Origin: an uncultured Clostridia bacterium | Lineage (GTDB): Bacteria; Bacillota; Clostridia; Oscillospirales; CAG-272 | Length of the DNA: 60,497 nucleotides | Reading direction: 5' to 3' | Assembly (NCBI GenBank): GCA_946404035.1 | Contig: CAMJCC010000002.1 | Span: forward strand, 1-60,497 | Shown here: positions 18,801-27,520 of the stretch, piece after piece | How positions within the stretch are numbered: the stretch's first letter is position 1 | Layout: each line of letters begins with the position of its first letter | Made by a program: the position numbers and the translations under genes | The notes under the pieces: model-generated | Told to the model about the DNA's origin: nothing | What the model saw: the letters and a program-made list of their open reading frames with translations, nothing else | The model's database searches: none

Positions 18801-21800
18801 CGGCTCCACCTTCGGGATGATCGCGAACCGGGCATACTCGACCCTGCTCTCGAACGAAACGGCGCTTTACCTGGAACTCGACGACGCGAACTACGATATC
18901 GACGCCGTGACCTTTACCGGATCGACCGGGAACTTCTCCTCGTTCGACGAGGTCGTGGCGAACACCCGTTTCAATACCAGGGATATCGTCCGGAACGGCA
19001 ACGCGGTCGTTTCGATCAAGACGAGTGGCAACGTCGTCAACACGACCGGCAGCCAGAATACCTATCTGAACAAGACGGCGTACGGTCAATCGGCCGTCGG
19101 CGCCGCCAATCCCGACGCGCGCTATTACTACAACGTCGCGCACGCGGTCACCAATATCGGGACCGATCCCAAATACAACCTCTACGCATGGAGCGTCAAG
19201 CAGTACGCGCACTCCACGCTTTCCGCGTGGTTCGGGTCCCCGTCGTCCACCTTTGCGGGGACGATCGACCTGACCGGGATCTCCTACTATCCCGTCGACC
19301 TGTCGGCCAACGTGACCTTCTCGTCGGCAACGGTCAAACTGGATAATATCAAAATGGAAGGGTTCGTCAAAAAAGGGTATTCGGGCGACGGTTCCAGCCG
19401 CACGACGCGCTCGGCGAGCCAGCACTATCTGATGCACGCCGCGCTGTTTTTGAACGCGACCGGCGATATCACCGCGACCGGAAGCCCGGCGGGACTGAAA
19501 TTGCAGGGCAACGTGCCGAAGATCTCGAACGATATCTGCGGGTTCCTGGTCGCCGGAACGTTCGGCGGTACCGATAACCCCAGCCCGACCGTACTGGACG
19601 TGACCGACCTGGTGCTCGACGGCGTGTACGTATCGAACGGCGACAACCACTTTACCGACACGACCTACGCGCCGCTTCTGGTCAATAAAGCAAGCCGGAA
19701 CACGACGGTCACGCTGGACGGCGTGACCGCGCCGAACTACGGCTCGGATCTTGCCGCGTCCAGTCTGCTCGGCGATATGGGCAACTCGACGGCGCACGGC
19801 GTTCATCTGACGTTCACCCGCATCGTCCTCGACGGACGGAAAAGTACTTCGACCGACCTCACCGCGTCGGTCTCCCAAGCTCTGGACGACGCTTACGACA
19901 CGTCGAGGTCGATCTTCAGCCGCGCCACCCTGCTCAACAGTTTCCTGTACGCGGGCGAGAGCTCCGGTACCTACACCTTTACGATCGACGAGGACTGGGA
20001 CACTTCCACCGGCGATCCGATCCACCACGTCACCTACGGCTACGAGATCACGACCTCGCTCGAACACGCGGGCAAGCAGAACATGTACAGCGGCTCGACC
20101 ACGATCTTTACCGATCCCTCGGCCCACGACAACGACGATCCGGACAGCGTTTACGATTTCACGGCGTACTTCCAGCGCTACGTTTACGTCGCCACCAATC
20201 CGGCGGAATACAAACACGAACTGGCGGTCAACATCACCTACTCCTCGACCATTTCGGGCTTCGGCAAATACGATCAGCCGTTTCTGATCGACAGCGGCGA
20301 GAAACTGAAGATCATCGCCAAGATCATCAAGGGCGACGACGTGACGAGTTCGGTGAAGATCAATCTGCCGGGCGACCTCACGGGTTACAACTACCAGACG
20401 ACGGGATACGGGGAATACCTGTATTCTTTCAGCACGTCGACCTACACGTCCTCCGACGGCGGCGCTCCGTCGATGGTCAACGCGAACGTCCGACGGTATC
20501 TTGCCGGGGCGTACTATGCGATCACCGAAGATATCACGCTGTCCTCCGACTACGAGGCGCTCGGACAGACCACCGCCGCCAACCCCGAATACGCCTTCCA
20601 CGGCGTGATCCTCGGTTCCGGCGGCGCGATCCGGAAGATCACCAACACGTCGACCCAGCCGCTGGTCTACTCTTCGGTCGGCAGCGTGTTCAAGGACCTC
20701 GTGGTCCACGTGGCGACCGACGTCAGCGGATCGCACGAGATCCGGCTTTCTTCCGACAATACCACCTATCAGTACGCCAGCGGGCAGACCTCCTACGGCG
20801 CTCTGGTGCGGCAGGTCCTCGGCGGCGACAACGTGATCGACGACGTGAAAGTCACCTTTGACACGTCGGCCGAGACCGCCGTCACTTTCGCGTACGAGGC
20901 GAGCGGATCGAACCGCGACCGGCTGATCCCGATCGGCGGCTATATCGGCACGCTGGTCAACGGCGGCGTGATCTTCCGCAACGTGACGAGCGCATACGTC
21001 GGATTGACCGCGGCGACGACCGCAAACGTCACGGACGCCGGTTACCTCTACGTCAACCCGATCATCGGGCGCGTGCTCGCCGGCTACGCGTTCCGCGAGG
21101 CGGACGATTACGCCGTGACGTCGGCGTTCTCGAACGGGACCAAGAACTACGTTCTGTCGGATCTTGACGACGGACTTGCAAAACTTTCGATCACCAATTC
21201 GTCCAGCCAGTACACCATCACGGTGCCGAACGGGCAGGCGATGTACGTCCTCGGCGCGATCGTCAACAGCGGCGCCGCCTCGGCGAACTACAACGCGTCG
21301 ACCGAACAGGCGTACGACGGCATGGGCGACGAAGCGAACGACACGTTCTGGCAGGCGTACCGCATCTGCACCGCGACCCGCGCCGGCGCGACCTACGACT
21401 ACGTCGGAACGCTCAATCCGGCGTCCGATCCGGAGAGCGCCGCTTGCGCCGACTATACGGCGGCGGGACTTGACCGCTACGATATGAACGGCACCCACTC
21501 CGTGACCAAGAAGAGCGGCGAGACCGTCACGCTTCCGAACGGGGACCTGAAAGGGATCCCGTATATCATCCGTACCTATACCGCGAAGAACGGGAACGTT
21601 TACTACGCTCGCACTCTGACCCGCCGTACCAACAACAAGATCTCGATCACGAACAATATCGACGTCGCCGCCGGGTTCCGCGGGATCGGCAGCATCTATA
21701 CCGACGCAACGTCCTACGGGAGCGACCGGGTGCATCTCGGGATCGATACGATGTACGGCAGTACGGGAAGCACGACCATCACCCTGCACATGACGTTTAA

Positions 21801-24800
21801 CGAATACGACGCGTCGGTCACGTCCTACCGCGCCGTGAACGCCAATACGCACATTCCCTACGAGGCGGCGGTGCCCTTCGGCAGCAACGCCGGGTTCGGT
21901 CTCTTCAACCGGCTGTATCAGACAGGGTCGACCAACTATATCGAGAACTTTACCCTCTCGGGCGACTTGTATTACGGGCTGCGGGACGTGTCCGACGGCA
22001 GCGCCCTGAATTTGACGTACGACAACCTCTCGTCGACTTCGATCCTGAACGTCGGCGCGCTTGCCGGAACGGTCTACACCAACAACACGTCCTCTTTCCA
22101 GACCAGTTTGCGGGTCCGCAACGTGACGATCACGGGTCTTACGGTCACGGGACCGAAGTATGCCGGAGGGTTGGTCGGCTGCTTTGCGAACACAGTGGCA
22201 AATGCCGACGCAAAATACAAAAGCTACGTCACGAATTGCCCGGTTTCGACCACGACGATCACGGCAGGGCAGGCGGCGGGCAGTTATTTCGGCTACGCCA
22301 ACGTCGCCGGCAACCAGTCCAGCGCCAGCTCGGCGCGCCTCATCATCTCGGGCGATACGACGCTGGAGAACGGCGTGTCACGGAAGACGACGATCGCCCC
22401 GACGGCGATCACCGTCACCGGTTCCTGCCCGGCGGGAACGTGGCTGGAACGTATCAGCCCCACCGCGGGCGGCGTGATCGGCTGCGCCGACGTCGCGTTT
22501 GCTGTCAGCGGGAACTACTTCCTCGTCATTCAGCATATCAAGGTCGTCGGCGGCACCATCACCGCGGCGAGATCGAGCGTGACCGACTTTGGAACGAGAT
22601 CCAAGACGGGTCTGCCGTCCGCGGCGGGGATCATCGGTAAGATCCGTGCCGGCAGAACTTCGGTGACCGACTGCGAGGTCCTGCACGTCGACCTCAACTC
22701 CGACGTGACGGGCGGCGTGCTCGGATACGCCGTCATTCCGAAAAACTCGTCCTACGACTTCGAGCGGATCCTGATCGACGGCGACAAGGGCAACTCGACC
22801 GTCGCCGCCATGACGGCGCGGGTGCACGCGGGCGGTATCGTCGGCGAGTACTACTCCAAGAACCCCTCGAACTATACGTTCGCGGATCTTACCATCAGAA
22901 ACTACTCGTTCGTTTCCGAGTACGTCGGCGATTACGGAACGGCGGGCGGCGTCATCGGCCACACCTATATCGAGGCGAGCAACAATAAGGCGTTCCAGTT
23001 CCGCAATATCGAGGTGACCGGCTGTACGATGACGGTGGATACCACGGGCGTGAACTATACCAAGCACAAGGGCGTCGGCGGTCTTTTCGGCGCGCTCCAG
23101 GGCAACAGCAACAACGCGAAGTACACCGGGTACAACTTCCTCGTGAACAACGTCACCTTTGCGGGTTCCGGGACCGCGAACGCGGGCGCCGTCGTCGGCA
23201 ACAATATCAGCAACACGGCGAGGATCCAACTGGTCGGCGTCAGCGCGGACGTGGATCCGGGGACCAAGACGCTTACCTGGACCGAAAACAACAACAGCGG
23301 CTATTCCGCCTACGCCAACTACTCGCAGGCGACGGCCAATACGGCTTTCACCGCGCTGAGCGGCGCGGGAATGGCCGCGGTCGCCGCACCGTACGCCACG
23401 GTGAACCCCGTCTGTACGATCGGGGGACTGAAGATCGTCGGCGACGGCGTCTCGGACGAGATCGCAAACCTGCCGATCCAGTCGATCCTTGCCGGTTACG
23501 CGGCAGACAGCAAGCGGTACGCGTACGCCGCCTCCGCCTACTACACGGGCGGTTCGGGCATCACCAACTACACGGCGTTCAACAACGCGAAGTCGGGCGC
23601 GATCATCATGTTCTCCGACGAGGCGTACGGCTACGACGGCGACGACGATTTCCCCGTGATCCTGATCGAAACGACCAACGAGGACGATTCGCACAGACTG
23701 ATCAACAGTTACATCCGGCTGCTCACCAACACCACGTTCAACTTCGGGACCGACGTCGCCGGACAGTTCGAGGTCGCCATCTACAAGATGGCGTACGACG
23801 ACGAGAACGAAGTCTTCGTCCTGTCCAGCGGCGACGCGAGCTTGAAACGGACGGGCGGCAAGTTCCGGATGATCAACTCGGCGTACGACAGCGGTAAAGC
23901 GCAATGCTCGCTGATCGACGTGCGGTTCTTCGACCCGTCCGACGGGACGACGGTGGCGTACCATCTGTATATCCCGGTCTTCATCAAAAAGGTCCTGACC
24001 TTTGATTTCGACGTGGCGGCGCTGAGCGGCACCAACTACCTCGAGGGGCAGTACACCTCTCTCTTCGGTCAGCGTCTGATCGCAAACGTCGGCGCGCCGA
24101 TCACGCTCTACTTCCGCTACACCTACTCGCGGACCGCCGCCGAATGGGAATCCGCCATCAACAACGGTGAGCCGCTGCTCCGGCACTACGGCAAGAAACT
24201 GATCCTGCACAAGGCGAACAACAACGAGATCTTAAAGGATTTCGACGAGGGCAAACAGACCGAGACCATCCTGGTCCTGGTGGACAAGAACGACGGCGGA
24301 AGACCCTATTACGCCAAACTCAGCGACGCGCTCTCGGACGACGTCATCGACCTGTCGGTCTTCCAGTCGTCGATGAGGATCGACGGGAACGGGGACTACG
24401 TCTTCTCGGGCGCCTACTTCATCCCGCTCGACTTCTCGGATATGCTCTCCTATACCGCCTCGGTCGCGGTCGACGGATCGCTCGTCGCCTGCACACCCTC
24501 CGAAGCGACGGTCCGGACGTGGCAGGGCTACCGCCTTGCTACCTCCGCCGAACTGGCAAACGGCGGGATCGATAAATACGCGCTCTCGGCGTCTGTTTCC
24601 GCCGACGGGACGTACGTCCGCTGCCCCGTCGAGGGCGCACAGATCGTGATCTCGGGTTACGGCTACTGCCGTGCGACCGCCGCCCAACTGGAGGACAACG
24701 GGACCGATAAGTACGCGATCACGGCGTCGGTTTCGGGCGAGGGGACCTACGTCGCCTGCGCCGCCGGATCCGCGATGGTCCGGGTGTACGGGCAGGGTTA

Positions 24801-26301
24801 CCGTTCCGCCACCGACGAGGAACTCGGGGACAACGAGATCGACAAGTACACCGTTACGGTCGACGCGATCCCCGGCGGCGAACTCGTCGAAAAGTATTAC
24901 CTCTCGATCTTCACCGACGACGGCGAGGACCTCGAAGAGGAAGGAGAGGGCGAAGAGGGCGAAGAAGGCGAAGAAGAGGAAGACAAGGGTTACGATCTCT
25001 TCCATTACTTCTACGTCACCACGCCCCAGTCGCTCAACGACGGCGTGACCTATCCGGCGCGCGTTATGGATCCGAGCGATCTGTCCGCAATGATCCACCT
25101 GGTCATGGGGAAGATCTTCGACCACTCCGATCTGACCATCGTATCGACCTCGCGATACGGTTCTGCTGTGCTGATGACGAGCGGCGGCAACGACGCTCTG
25201 ATCGTTTCGATGTCGGTGCAGATCGGCCTTTCGGAAAGTCTCGGGGCTTTGCGTAACGAGGTGAAGGGCTACGTCGCCGCCACCGGCTTCTATCAGAGTT
25301 TCCTGGTCTACCTGACGCGCAACGAGGGAAGTTCGCAGACCAAAGCGATCCTCGGCAATCCGACGGCGTCGGGCGGTTACGCGGTCGACTACGTGATGAA
25401 CGGGGAGGCCGACGTCGCGCTCGGCAATTACGCGAACGCCAATATCCACGTGACGCAGATCTATGCGGAGTTCGTGACGGGCAACCTCGGTCCCGCGTTC
25501 GCGGGCGAGGGCAACTACGTCGTCGAGATCAACGCCGAGGTCATGCTGGAATATCTGCAGGCGGGTGCGGTGCTGGCACAGTTCCCGGGCAGAAACGGCA
25601 ATGACGATGACGGCGTGACCCTGTCCGCGTCCTCCAACATCGCGTTCTCCGCCGCGGCGACGTCGTACAGTAAGAACTCGATCAACCGCGAAGAGGATAG
25701 TCCCGTGCGTTCCTATTACTCCGAAGCCGAGGTCGACAACGCGACCATCGCCCTCCAGCCTTTCGGCGACAGACAGGGCGACTACACCCCGTACGGTATC
25801 AACGCGCTGAACGACCCGCCCGAAACGCTCGAGATCTTCGCGACGATGGACTTTACCCCGATCTATCGGCAGGTGAACGGACACTATACCAGCGCGGTCG
25901 TTACCGCCACCCTGCGGCAGAAGCAGAACGACGGTTCCTACTCCGAATACGATCTCACGGATATCGACCAATATATCACGTCGTTCTCCGTCGGCGAGTA
26001 CGAGGCGACGACCACAGGGGAGCATCCGAAGTCCTATTCCGTCACCATCCCCGCCGGCAGTACGACCGTCGGCGCCGTTTCGATCGAGTTCCCGCACATC
26101 TACTTCTCGGTCAAGACGTTCCCGCCCGGATCCGATCCGGAATTCGAGGGCTTCTATTACGGCAACTACCGTCTGACCGTGACCATCGTTCTGCTGGACG
26201 AACACGGCGACGAGATCGCGGCGTCCAAGGCGTCCGACTACGTGATCTACACCAACGCAAAGGTCCGTCCGAGTTACATTCCCGCCGTCGTCGGACCGTG
26301 A
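15871..26301 (+). CDS. Giant (3,476 aa) secreted GLUG-motif / beta-solenoid-like repeat protein with no recognisable cell-wall anchor
   Basis: Uninterrupted 10.4-kb ORF 25 nt after gene C. Signal peptide ...LSARTDRVVA|AEP. About 30 G-G-[ILV]-[IVF]-G motifs by eye (HAGGIVGK, YAGGIVGY, GAGGLFGY, TIGGLVGQ, YAGGLVGC, TAGGVIGH, GVGGLFGA...). A triplicated 45-aa module and an acidic E/G tract lie near the C-terminus. Confidence 0.9.
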   Translation: MQTRREKRKIALRAVLWAWGIVLSCLFVFLSARTDRVVAAEPEPSTIEIGSVEDFAAYSLGYSTDAYHPKDTLVISLQSGLAITDNNFISLGTESRPFAGTLQIPEGGIDTFYLYECPLFNYVTTDLTITGGGTVKIQREELTEPIPSGVLTSGALFANHVVAGTNAANWSISFEGATASSFGGLIGSIADGCDVTVTFTNATNVPAIGSGNIGLICGTLGDGASLAVTTAGSGSSVSVSSTGGHAGGIVGKMGNDAILTLNSANNSRVTNVSTSYGSGYAGGIVGYVSGVTTSTGIKRGAGVVDYTVSGQVTGGAGAGGLFGYYRSNSDGVSFTLQNTYNIASGTRVSSSGNTGGVFGYLLNYGNSFAFDGNATGSEVFTVTLAGGTARGGVAGKYSTDALSNVLSITNTNFTITANAGNTASRTIGGLVGQVADASPYAPAYISINGTNVITSDGTGDGNAPGGGLVGDAGTGGSFIDVSGNVTVSGRFYAGLVAKLSEGVLRIAGTTDLSAFRRHGGSGDLTAGTIVQTRGRSLIYSLGSGEGDGWVLKRNTSFNNMIDDVNTWGEVLRLDGTTLTESGLFTVDPSAHTVTVKSGVTEINDEAGFAKTALNIQLGTAAGKGALLFETSNQSATLLGATLTLGADIDLTGTGLTGMTRDDGGEVTIAQNKKVMMPTSAAFTGTFNGNGHTLTVATGEVWGLTSSGASLPASSTEGMIRRHRFIGLFANTDGATFSNLTLNGYYHFILDIDPTYIGGLSAYSTGGLDLTGVTVSGLSFDYYLGASYTAYIGGAVAYALGDGLDVSVTGGSYRPTMTDTSAAGRTSGSAGDKISYVGGVIGFVNEGTGQSIEFDDTTIGITFTKTVNTQREPYFGAAIGATSNQAYVKDNRTITLTDVDVMMSANAAAAAGKEYGGILGTSWLSADVTIDGVDVVSASITESNSAATNFGGLVHTATGHWDVQDLTVTSANFDVTATGSTFGMIANRAYSTLLSNETALYLELDDANYDIDAVTFTGSTGNFSSFDEVVANTRFNTRDIVRNGNAVVSIKTSGNVVNTTGSQNTYLNKTAYGQSAVGAANPDARYYYNVAHAVTNIGTDPKYNLYAWSVKQYAHSTLSAWFGSPSSTFAGTIDLTGISYYPVDLSANVTFSSATVKLDNIKMEGFVKKGYSGDGSSRTTRSASQHYLMHAALFLNATGDITATGSPAGLKLQGNVPKISNDICGFLVAGTFGGTDNPSPTVLDVTDLVLDGVYVSNGDNHFTDTTYAPLLVNKASRNTTVTLDGVTAPNYGSDLAASSLLGDMGNSTAHGVHLTFTRIVLDGRKSTSTDLTASVSQALDDAYDTSRSIFSRATLLNSFLYAGESSGTYTFTIDEDWDTSTGDPIHHVTYGYEITTSLEHAGKQNMYSGSTTIFTDPSAHDNDDPDSVYDFTAYFQRYVYVATNPAEYKHELAVNITYSSTISGFGKYDQPFLIDSGEKLKIIAKIIKGDDVTSSVKINLPGDLTGYNYQTTGYGEYLYSFSTSTYTSSDGGAPSMVNANVRRYLAGAYYAITEDITLSSDYEALGQTTAANPEYAFHGVILGSGGAIRKITNTSTQPLVYSSVGSVFKDLVVHVATDVSGSHEIRLSSDNTTYQYASGQTSYGALVRQVLGGDNVIDDVKVTFDTSAETAVTFAYEASGSNRDRLIPIGGYIGTLVNGGVIFRNVTSAYVGLTAATTANVTDAGYLYVNPIIGRVLAGYAFREADDYAVTSAFSNGTKNYVLSDLDDGLAKLSITNSSSQYTITVPNGQAMYVLGAIVNSGAASANYNASTEQAYDGMGDEANDTFWQAYRICTATRAGATYDYVGTLNPASDPESAACADYTAAGLDRYDMNGTHSVTKKSGETVTLPNGDLKGIPYIIRTYTAKNGNVYYARTLTRRTNNKISITNNIDVAAGFRGIGSIYTDATSYGSDRVHLGIDTMYGSTGSTTITLHMTFNEYDASVTSYRAVNANTHIPYEAAVPFGSNAGFGLFNRLYQTGSTNYIENFTLSGDLYYGLRDVSDGSALNLTYDNLSSTSILNVGALAGTVYTNNTSSFQTSLRVRNVTITGLTVTGPKYAGGLVGCFANTVANADAKYKSYVTNCPVSTTTITAGQAAGSYFGYANVAGNQSSASSARLIISGDTTLENGVSRKTTIAPTAITVTGSCPAGTWLERISPTAGGVIGCADVAFAVSGNYFLVIQHIKVVGGTITAARSSVTDFGTRSKTGLPSAAGIIGKIRAGRTSVTDCEVLHVDLNSDVTGGVLGYAVIPKNSSYDFERILIDGDKGNSTVAAMTARVHAGGIVGEYYSKNPSNYTFADLTIRNYSFVSEYVGDYGTAGGVIGHTYIEASNNKAFQFRNIEVTGCTMTVDTTGVNYTKHKGVGGLFGALQGNSNNAKYTGYNFLVNNVTFAGSGTANAGAVVGNNISNTARIQLVGVSADVDPGTKTLTWTENNNSGYSAYANYSQATANTAFTALSGAGMAAVAAPYATVNPVCTIGGLKIVGDGVSDEIANLPIQSILAGYAADSKRYAYAASAYYTGGSGITNYTAFNNAKSGAIIMFSDEAYGYDGDDDFPVILIETTNEDDSHRLINSYIRLLTNTTFNFGTDVAGQFEVAIYKMAYDDENEVFVLSSGDASLKRTGGKFRMINSAYDSGKAQCSLIDVRFFDPSDGTTVAYHLYIPVFIKKVLTFDFDVAALSGTNYLEGQYTSLFGQRLIANVGAPITLYFRYTYSRTAAEWESAINNGEPLLRHYGKKLILHKANNNEILKDFDEGKQTETILVLVDKNDGGRPYYAKLSDALSDDVIDLSVFQSSMRIDGNGDYVFSGAYFIPLDFSDMLSYTASVAVDGSLVACTPSEATVRTWQGYRLATSAELANGGIDKYALSASVSADGTYVRCPVEGAQIVISGYGYCRATAAQLEDNGTDKYAITASVSGEGTYVACAAGSAMVRVYGQGYRSATDEELGDNEIDKYTVTVDAIPGGELVEKYYLSIFTDDGEDLEEEGEGEEGEEGEEEEDKGYDLFHYFYVTTPQSLNDGVTYPARVMDPSDLSAMIHLVMGKIFDHSDLTIVSTSRYGSAVLMTSGGNDALIVSMSVQIGLSESLGALRNEVKGYVAATGFYQSFLVYLTRNEGSSQTKAILGNPTASGGYAVDYVMNGEADVALGNYANANIHVTQIYAEFVTGNLGPAFAGEGNYVVEINAEVMLEYLQAGAVLAQFPGRNGNDDDGVTLSASSNIAFSAAATSYSKNSINREEDSPVRSYYSEAEVDNATIALQPFGDRQGDYTPYGINALNDPPETLEIFATMDFTPIYRQVNGHYTSAVVTATLRQKQNDGSYSEYDLTDIDQYITSFSVGEYEATTTGEHPKSYSVTIPAGSTTVGAVSIEFPHIYFSVKTFPPGSDPEFEGFYYGNYRLTVTIVLLDEHGDEIAASKASDYVIYTNAKVRPSYIPAVVGP

Positions 26302-26360
26302 TCCGGCCCCGACCGACGTTCCCACCATTTTCCCGGTGCAAACCACCTTTCATACCGGAG

Positions 26361-26390
26361 AAAAACCGCAAAAAACCGCAAAAAACCGCA
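26361..26390. repeat. Three perfect tandem copies of AAAAACCGCA
   Basis: Read directly, between the giant-gene stop and its terminator. Confidence 0.9.
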
Positions 26391-26404
26391 CCCCCGCAAA
26401 CGGC

Positions 26405-26439
26405 GGGCGCCCGGAACATTCCGGGCGCCCGTTGTTTTT
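26405..26439 (+). terminator. Intrinsic terminator of the giant-protein operon
   Basis: gggcgcccggaa/ttccgggcgccc hairpin followed by gttgttttt. Confidence 0.8.
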
Positions 26440-26454
26440 CTTATCCGCCGACCG

Positions 26455-26493
26455 AATAAAAAAGCCCCGGAGCGATCCGGGGCTTTTCGTTTT
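26455..26493. terminator. Bidirectional terminator (also serves the convergent GGGtGRT operon)
   Basis: A-run, gccccgg-agcgat-ccggggc, then ttttcgtttt. Confidence 0.75.
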
Positions 26494-26501
26494 ACGGGAA
26501 A

Positions 26502-27506
26502 TTACTTGTTCTTCTGGCTCTCCTCGACGGCGACCGCAACGGCGACCGTCGCGCCGACCATCGGGTTGTTGCCCATACCGATCAGACCCATCATCTCGAC
26601 GTGCGCCGGAACAGAAGAGGAACCCGCGAACTGCGCGTCGCTGTGCATCCGTCCCATCGTGTCGGTCATACCGTAGCTGGACGGACCGGCGGCCATGTTG
26701 TCGGGGTGCAGGGTCCTGCCCGTACCGCCGCCCGAGGCGACCGAGAAGTACTTGACGCCGTTTTCGACGCACCATTTCTTGTAGGTGCCGGCGACGGGGT
26801 GCTGGAAGCGGGTCGGGTTGGTCGAGTTACCGGTGATCGAAACGCCGACGTGCTCGAGTTTCATGATCGCCACGCCCTCCGGCACGTTGTCGGCGCCGTA
26901 GCAGCGGACGTTGGCGCGGGGTCCCTGCGAGTAGGCGGTCTTCGACACGACCTTGACCTCTTCGGTGTAGGGGTCGAACTCGGTCTTGCAGTAGGTGAAG
27001 CCGTTGATGCGGGAGATGATGAACGCGGCGTCCTTGCCGAGACCGTTCAGGATGACCTGCAGGGGGTTCTTACGCACTTTGTTCGCGTTCAGCGCGATCT
27101 TGATCGCGCCCTCCGCGGCGGCAAAGGACTCGTGACCCGCGAGGAAGCAGAAGCAGCTGGTCTCCTCGGAAAGCAGCATCGCGCCGAGGTTGCCGTGGCC
27201 GAGACCGACCTTGCGGTTCTCGGCGACCGAACCGGGGATGCAGAACGCCTGCAGACCGATACCGATCGCGGCGGCGGCGTCAGACGCCTTTTTGCAGCCC
27301 TTTTTCAGGGCGATGGCGGCGCCGACGGTGTACGCCCAGACGGCGTTCTCAAAGCAGATCGGCTGGGTCTCGCGGACGATCTTGTCGCAGTCGATGCCGG
27401 CGGCAAGGGTGATGTCGCGGCACTCCTCGATCGAGTTGATGCCGTACTCTTTCAGGGCGGCGTTGATCTTGTCAACTCTTCTTTCGTATCCTTCAAACAA
27501 TGCCAT
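26502..27506 (-). CDS. GGGtGRT-family protein (conserved, function unknown)
   Basis: Contains the eponymous SGGGTGRT motif (FSVASGGGTGRTLHP). 334 aa. Confidence 0.8.
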   Translation of the reverse strand: MALFEGYERRVDKINAALKEYGINSIEECRDITLAAGIDCDKIVRETQPICFENAVWAYTVGAAIALKKGCKKASDAAAAIGIGLQAFCIPGSVAENRKVGLGHGNLGAMLLSEETSCFCFLAGHESFAAAEGAIKIALNANKVRKNPLQVILNGLGKDAAFIISRINGFTYCKTEFDPYTEEVKVVSKTAYSQGPRANVRCYGADNVPEGVAIMKLEHVGVSITGNSTNPTRFQHPVAGTYKKWCVENGVKYFSVASGGGTGRTLHPDNMAAGPSSYGMTDTMGRMHSDAQFAGSSSVPAHVEMMGLIGMGNNPMVGATVAVAVAVEESQKNK

Positions 27507-27520
27507 ATCGCTCGTCCTCC

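Noticed and set aside
17536-21852. 1,438-aa ORF antisense to the giant gene. Similar antisense or alternate-frame ORFs lie at 15940-17424, 22378-24210 and 24232-26346.
   Set aside because: They have an Arg/Gly/Pro/Asp-rich, low-complexity composition typical of out-of-frame reading of high-GC coding DNA. They have no RBS and lie entirely inside a sense ORF with clear protein-like repeats.
26361-26390. Possible CRISPR or other interspaced repeat array.
   Set aside because: There are only three contiguous 10-nt units with no spacers, and no cas genes anywhere in the window.
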